NCBI GenBank assembly: GCA_030603345.1
Contig: JAUVXZ010000002.1
Coordinates: 1-46,859, forward strand
Length of the DNA: 46,859 nucleotides
Origin: Pseudomonadota bacterium
Lineage (GTDB): Bacteria; Desulfobacterota; DSM-4660; Desulfatiglandales; B25-G16
Direction of reading: 5' to 3'
The position numbers and the translations under genes were made by a program. The first letter of the stretch is position 1, and each line of letters begins with the position of its first letter. Shown in pieces: positions 42,329 to 46,859 of this stretch. The notes below the pieces were generated by a model. That model made no database searches. It worked only from the letters and a program-made list of their open reading frames with translations, and was not told the origin of the DNA.

Positions 42329-43109
42329 TTGATCTTCCCTCCTCTCCAATAGCAGGTTTCAGCTCAGAAAAGGCATTTCAACTCAACAGGAGGCAAGATA
42401 ATCTCCCAATAACTCGAAAAATGCAAGTTATTTTCACGGAAACAACTTTCCCTTGCCTGATAGATCCCGAAGATAGAAAAGGCGAAACACACCTCGTCCC
42501 CTCGCGGCGGGAGCGAGGGAGTCTAGGTGGGGAAGATGAGGGGCCAGAAAGGGGCCTGGAGGCAAAAGAGAGGTTTTGAATTTTATTCTTGCAGTTAGGA
42601 TAAGAATTGGGATAAATCTCAGCTGGTGTCTTCAATTAGAATTGATATGGTGGTATTTCAAAATTATGGCAGCTCCAAAGGTGGATATTCCTCTTGATCT
42701 GAATGAACCTAATTTCAATCTAAAGGAGAGCAGCAGCAGCGTATAGTCTTAAGTGCCACAGTGGGTACTGCCTTGAGGTAGCGGTCGTGACAGCGTGATG
42801 CCTATTCAAGGACCAGGACTTGTTGATGGGGAGGGGCCATGTATCCTTCGCATGTGAAGGATAGAGAAATACTCAGCCGCGATGATTTGGACTAGAGGAG
42901 GAGGCAGTGCCGCGTTTCCTCACCGGGACAAGTATGTCTTCTTTGAGAGGTCCTTTCTGCCAGTATGCCGATGCATTCTCTACCGAACGATAATTACAAA
43001 GGCCGATCAAGATTGCTTGGGAGGGGTAGCGAAAGGAGAGAAAGATAATGGGGAGGAAGAATTTGGGTTTTGTCACAGAGTAGAATGGCAACATTAGGGA
43101 GGAGAACAG

Positions 43110-44474
43110 ATGGAGTTGGATTGTTTGGTAAAGAATGGATTGATGGTTATTCCCAGCGAGGGAATTGTAGAGGGATCTATTGGGATTAAAGATGAAAGGA
43201 TTGTGACGATTGGGAAGAGCTTGGATTCTATAGCTGCAAAGCAGGTGATCGATGCTCAAGGAAACTACGTGTTGCCTGGAGTCATCGAGCCACACGTGCA
43301 CTTCGGGCTGGGGTCCCAACTGGAGGAAGATTTTCTTACAGAAACAAGATCAGCTGCCACCGGTGGAATAAGCACCATCATTACCTACTACCGACAAAAA
43401 GAGCCGTATGAGAAAATTTTCGATGAGATCAAAACACTTGGCGAAGAGCGGTCCTGCATTGATTTCTCAATACATCTGGGCATTTCGTCTGAGGAACATA
43501 TCAGAAAGATAGCCAAATATGTAGATGACTACGGAGTCAGTTCCTTTAAGTTCTTAATGGCATATAAGGGAGAAGATGCAAAAAGAATGGGTTCAGCTGA
43601 AATGACCGATGGTATCCTGTATGACGCCTTCTCTACCATAAGAGAACTAAAGGGAGTTTTGCCATGTATTCATGCTGAAAACATTGAGCTTATTTGGAAT
43701 ATCAGAAAAAAGCTTTTAGATCAGGGCCGATCAGACCCAGCTGCATGGGCGGAGTCTCGACCAGATTTCACTGAGTCTGAGTATGTTAGGCGTGCACTTT
43801 TTTTCGCCGAACTCACCAATTGCCCTCTCTATATAGTACACTTAACGTGTAAAAAGGCGTTGGAGGAGGTACGGTTATGCCGACAGCACTATTCAAAGGT
43901 ATTTGTAGAGACCTGCCCTGTTTATCTTACCCATACCAAAGAGGATATGACGGACAATCTTCTGAAAATCTCTCCCCCTGTCCGTTCAAAAGAGGATAAT
44001 GATGCGCTGTGGGAAGGAATAAGAGACGGCTCCATTCAAACGGTGGGCTCAGACCACCTGGCCTTAAAAAGAAAAAGCAAGATGGGGAGCATTTGGGATG
44101 CGAGTATGGGTATCTCGGGGACGGCTCTCGTGCTTCCCGTCTTACTCAGCGAGGGCGTTCACGAGAGAGGAATCTCCTTAGAAAGGATTGCAGAGGTAAC
44201 ATCTTATAACGTGGCAAGAATCTTTAATCTCCACCCCAGGAAGGGAAGTATTCAGATTGGATCTGATGCTGATCTGACTGTTGTAGATTTGGATAAGGAA
44301 CAAACAGTTACCCGCACGATGCTGAATTCTTCCTCGGATTTTTCGATCTATGAAAATTGGCGTTTGAAAGGTTGGCCTATACTCACCATGGTAAGGGGAA
44401 ATGTTGTGATGAGGGATGGTGAGATAGTAGGTAAAAGGGGGTTTGGAAAATTTATCAGGAGAGACCCTGTTTAG
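43110..44474 (+). CDS. Cyclic amidohydrolase: dihydropyrimidinase / D-hydantoinase (imidase) family
   Basis: 'PGVIEPHVHF' is the metal-binding HxH and 'SFKFLMAYKG' the carbamylated-Lys region. 'HAEN' and 'GSDH' are present. 454 aa, with GGGAGGAG upstream. Confidence 0.85.
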   Translation: MELDCLVKNGLMVIPSEGIVEGSIGIKDERIVTIGKSLDSIAAKQVIDAQGNYVLPGVIEPHVHFGLGSQLEEDFLTETRSAATGGISTIITYYRQKEPYEKIFDEIKTLGEERSCIDFSIHLGISSEEHIRKIAKYVDDYGVSSFKFLMAYKGEDAKRMGSAEMTDGILYDAFSTIRELKGVLPCIHAENIELIWNIRKKLLDQGRSDPAAWAESRPDFTESEYVRRALFFAELTNCPLYIVHLTCKKALEEVRLCRQHYSKVFVETCPVYLTHTKEDMTDNLLKISPPVRSKEDNDALWEGIRDGSIQTVGSDHLALKRKSKMGSIWDASMGISGTALVLPVLLSEGVHERGISLERIAEVTSYNVARIFNLHPRKGSIQIGSDADLTVVDLDKEQTVTRTMLNSSSDFSIYENWRLKGWPILTMVRGNVVMRDGEIVGKRGFGKFIRRDPV

Positions 44475-44636
44475 TTTTTCTAGAAGAAAAGCATGGATAT
44501 TTGAGTTAAAGATGAGGAGCTCAAAAGTTGAGAAAAGTTATGAAGATATTTTTTCCGTCTCCAATTGCCTTATTCTAGATAGATTTATGCCTTTTGATGG
44601 ACAGGATTAGCAGGAGGTTTTGTTAGAGTCTTTACA

Positions 44637-44665
44637 TTGACATTACTTATCTGCTTATATATATA
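44637..44665 (+). promoter_or_regulatory. Candidate sigma70-type promoter upstream of the C-N hydrolase gene
   Basis: TTGACA (44637-44642), a 17-nt spacer, then TATATA (44660-44665) inside a (TA)n run. A second TTGACA occurs at 44668-44673. Confidence 0.25.
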
Positions 44666-44817
44666 TGTTGACAAAGCTATTCAACAAGTGGTTATGTATC
44701 TGCCAAACATTCTTATAATCAAAGCTAAAGACGAAATTATCAAGGTCTGAGTCAAGTAGAGCAGAAAATCTCACGGGGGATCCTTAAAAGAGAATAATAT
44801 GTTCGTGGAGGCCTAAA

Positions 44818-45675
44818 ATGGCGGGTCAAAAACGCGAGATAAAAGTCGCAGGGATTCAATTGAAATGTATAGTTGGAACAAAGGAGGAAATAGTCGACAA
44901 TGCCTTAGGTGTATTGGAAAAAGCTGGTCAAGAAGATGTACAGATAGCTCTGTTGGGTGAGCTTTTTTCTATGGAATACGATCGTTTTCTGCAAAGAGAA
45001 TTTGAACACTACAAACCTATGTTTGAAATCGCGGAGCCAATACCAGGCCCTACCATCAATAAAGTAAGCGAGATCGCAAAAAAGTATAGAATGTACGTTA
45101 TCGCACCGATTTTTGAAAAGGCGGGTCCCGGTGTCTATCATAACAGTGCAGCAATTATTGATCCCGAGGGCAATGTTATTGGAGTAACTCGCAAGAGGCA
45201 TATTCCAGCGGTGCAATCATTAGAAAAACTTTATTTTAGACCCGGATCTGAATTCCCCGTTTACACGGCACCTTTCGGAAAATTTGGAGTCGGAATCTGT
45301 TTTGATCGTCGTTTTCCAGAGACAGCACGCATATTAGCATTGAATGGGGCAGAGATCTATTTCAATCCTGTTGCCGCCGGGGGATATGTTAAGGAGACTT
45401 ATGAGCTAATAGCCAGAATGAGGGCTGTCGACAATGCCATGTTTTCTGTTTTTGTGAATCGAGTGGGAGATGAAGGGAAAACTCATTTTTTTGGCGACAG
45501 CATCATATGTGATCCATCTGGTAAGATTATAGCGTCTGGAGAGGAAAGAGAAAACGAAGTAGTATCGGCCGTAATCAACTTAGAGCATGTTGATAGTGCG
45601 AGGATTGAATCTGGGGTTTTTAGAGACTTAAGACCAGAGATCTATCACAGGCTTACAGAACAAAGGATTTTTTAG
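44818..45675 (+). CDS. Carbon-nitrogen hydrolase (nitrilase superfamily), N-carbamoyl-amino-acid amidohydrolase / beta-ureidopropionase-like
   Basis: Glu region 'IALLGELF', Lys region 'RKRHIP', Cys region 'GVGICFDRRFPE'. 285 aa, with GGAGG 6 nt upstream. Confidence 0.8.
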   Translation: MAGQKREIKVAGIQLKCIVGTKEEIVDNALGVLEKAGQEDVQIALLGELFSMEYDRFLQREFEHYKPMFEIAEPIPGPTINKVSEIAKKYRMYVIAPIFEKAGPGVYHNSAAIIDPEGNVIGVTRKRHIPAVQSLEKLYFRPGSEFPVYTAPFGKFGVGICFDRRFPETARILALNGAEIYFNPVAAGGYVKETYELIARMRAVDNAMFSVFVNRVGDEGKTHFFGDSIICDPSGKIIASGEERENEVVSAVINLEHVDSARIESGVFRDLRPEIYHRLTEQRIF

Positions 45676-45914
45676 CAATGGCTTGGGACCATTTTGGGGT
45701 CAGCGTTTTGAGAAATCTTATGTGTTATCAACCTCAATTGGGCTCTGGTTGTCAGGGTGTTGATCTCAGAGATAGAGGGAAGCGGGATTTCGCCACCTCG
45801 GGTGAGAGGGAGACCTTTAGTCGCAGAACACAAAAAAACTTGTGCCCCAGTAGGTTTTGTGATTAGTTTGGGGAATATGCTGTATCTCTGCTGGTACATC
45901 AAGAGGAGTTGCTT

Positions 45915-46796
45915 ATGACGATTCCTAGCCTTAATCTCTTTCTCCAGTCTGTTGTCAATGGGATTCTTATGGGCGGGGTGTACAGCCTTGTGGCAATTGG
46001 CTTGAGCTTGATTTTCGGGGTCATGAACATCATCAATTTCGCCCATGGCTCTTTCATGATGTTGGGCATGTTTATCACTTATTGGCTGTATGTCCTCTTA
46101 GGTATTGACCCTTATCTCTCCCTTCTCCTCAGCATTCCAGTTCTCTTCGTCATCGGTTTGGTGATCGAACGTTTCCTGATATCGTATATCCTAGATGCGC
46201 CGGAATATAACCAACTTCTCCTCACACTGGGTGTATCCCTGTTTATTGAAAACCTCGCACTTTTTCTCTGGAGCCCCAACTTCAGAACCTTGCAGATTCC
46301 ATATTTAAGCAAGGCTGTCACCGTGGGTACATTGATAATCAGCTTACCTAAGGTGATCGCCTTCCTCTTTGCTATCATTGTGACCGTCCTTCTTTATTAT
46401 TTCCTCAAGAGCACGGATTTGGGCAAGGCCATCCGAGCTGTCTCGGAGGAGAAGGAAGGAAGCTTAACCGTGGGTATCAATTTGAGAAGGATCTATTATC
46501 TGGCCTTCGGGATTGGAGCAGCATGCGTGGGTGCAGCAGGCACTCTTACCGCCCCTTTCTTCTACGTAAGCCCCCACGTAGGGAGCGTCTTTGTCATCCT
46601 AGCTTTTGTGATAGTGGTGCTGGGGGGAATGGGCAACTTCATCGGAGCTTTTTTTGGGGGGCTTATTGTCGGCCTAGCTGAATCTGTTGGGGCTGCCTTT
46701 ATACCTGGTCAGCTAAAACAATTTATCATCTACTTCATCTTTGTTTTTGTCCTGCTCTTCAAACCAGCGGGGCTTTTCGGGAAGGCCCATGAGTAA
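45915..46796 (+). CDS. livH: Second branched-chain amino acid-type ABC transporter permease (LivH-like)
   Basis: 'GLSLIFGVMNIINFAHG' and C-terminal 'FKPAGLFG' parallel the first LivH-like gene. The ATG at 45915 is 6 nt after AGAGGAG. Confidence 0.85.
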   Translation: MTIPSLNLFLQSVVNGILMGGVYSLVAIGLSLIFGVMNIINFAHGSFMMLGMFITYWLYVLLGIDPYLSLLLSIPVLFVIGLVIERFLISYILDAPEYNQLLLTLGVSLFIENLALFLWSPNFRTLQIPYLSKAVTVGTLIISLPKVIAFLFAIIVTVLLYYFLKSTDLGKAIRAVSEEKEGSLTVGINLRRIYYLAFGIGAACVGAAGTLTAPFFYVSPHVGSVFVILAFVIVVLGGMGNFIGAFFGGLIVGLAESVGAAFIPGQLKQFIIYFIFVFVLLFKPAGLFGKAHE

Positions 46797-46859
46797 TAGC
46801 ATACAAAGGACGAGAAATATCTTGGTGATAGTAGCAGTGGGGATCTTTCTAATAATCCT
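46789..46859 (+). CDS. livM: Start of a second LivM-like permease gene (3' end beyond the window)
   Basis: The ATG at 46789 overlaps the preceding stop (ATGAGTAA). It reads 'MSNSIQRTRNILVIVAVGIFLII...', a short polar N-terminus followed by a TM helix, like the first LivM-like protein. Confidence 0.55.
   Translation, partial: MSNSIQRTRNILVIVAVGIFLII

Noticed and set aside
1-46859. Search for CRISPR arrays, tRNA/rRNA genes, integrases/transposases, toxin-antitoxin pairs or known defence-system genes, given the prompt that a novel system might be present.
   Set aside because: No direct-repeat/spacer arrays, no tRNA T-loop-like 'GGTTCGAATCC' in a non-coding context and no recombinase- or nuclease-like ORFs were seen. 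All long ORFs are metabolic, transport or regulatory. The novelty here is metabolic rather than defence or mobile.

Overview
Bacterial-type locus: GGAGG-like Shine-Dalgarno sites, frequent GTG/TTG starts, tightly packed or overlapping genes. I saw no rRNA, tRNA, CRISPR array, transposase, integrase or recognisable defence gene. All calls come from reading the ORF translations and DNA by eye; no homology search was run.

The window is a very large accessory metabolic supercluster. It is bracketed by two Liv-type (branched-chain amino acid family) ABC transporter gene sets, at 2-4436 and 45915-end.

Plus-strand genes between the transporters:
- a tungsten-type aldehyde:ferredoxin oxidoreductase with its own ferredoxin
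- a succinyl-CoA-synthetase-like two-subunit CoA ligase, interrupted by an 8-Cys mini-protein and followed by a CitE-type acyl-CoA lyase
- an SDR
- a signal-less Mo/W-bisPGD oxidoreductase with an FeS subunit and a NarI-like membrane subunit
- a soluble fumarate-reductase-like flavoprotein

A roughly 11.7 kb minus-strand operon sits under a GntR/HutC regulator. It looks like a shadow TCA-cycle segment: SdhAB/FrdAB-like proteins, a two-subunit class I fumarase/tartrate-dehydratase-like enzyme, a LeuCD/HacAB-like dehydratase and an ICDH/IPMDH-like dehydrogenase. It also carries an HD-domain protein, an FeS-cytochrome b fusion, an unknown 277-aa protein and an isochorismatase-like hydrolase. A further module holds opine dehydrogenase, hydantoinase and a carbamoylase-type C-N hydrolase.

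The most striking feature is seven full-length MmgE/PrpD-family paralogues, in three visible subtypes, scattered through the cluster. My working inference is an undescribed anaerobic pathway for branched or substituted di-/tricarboxylates (citramalate, mesaconate, itaconate, methylsuccinate type) or aminopolycarboxylates.

Two short gene relics (a citE 3' end and a C-N hydrolase 3' end) and strong G+C heterogeneity show the cluster was assembled by recombination from parts of different origin.
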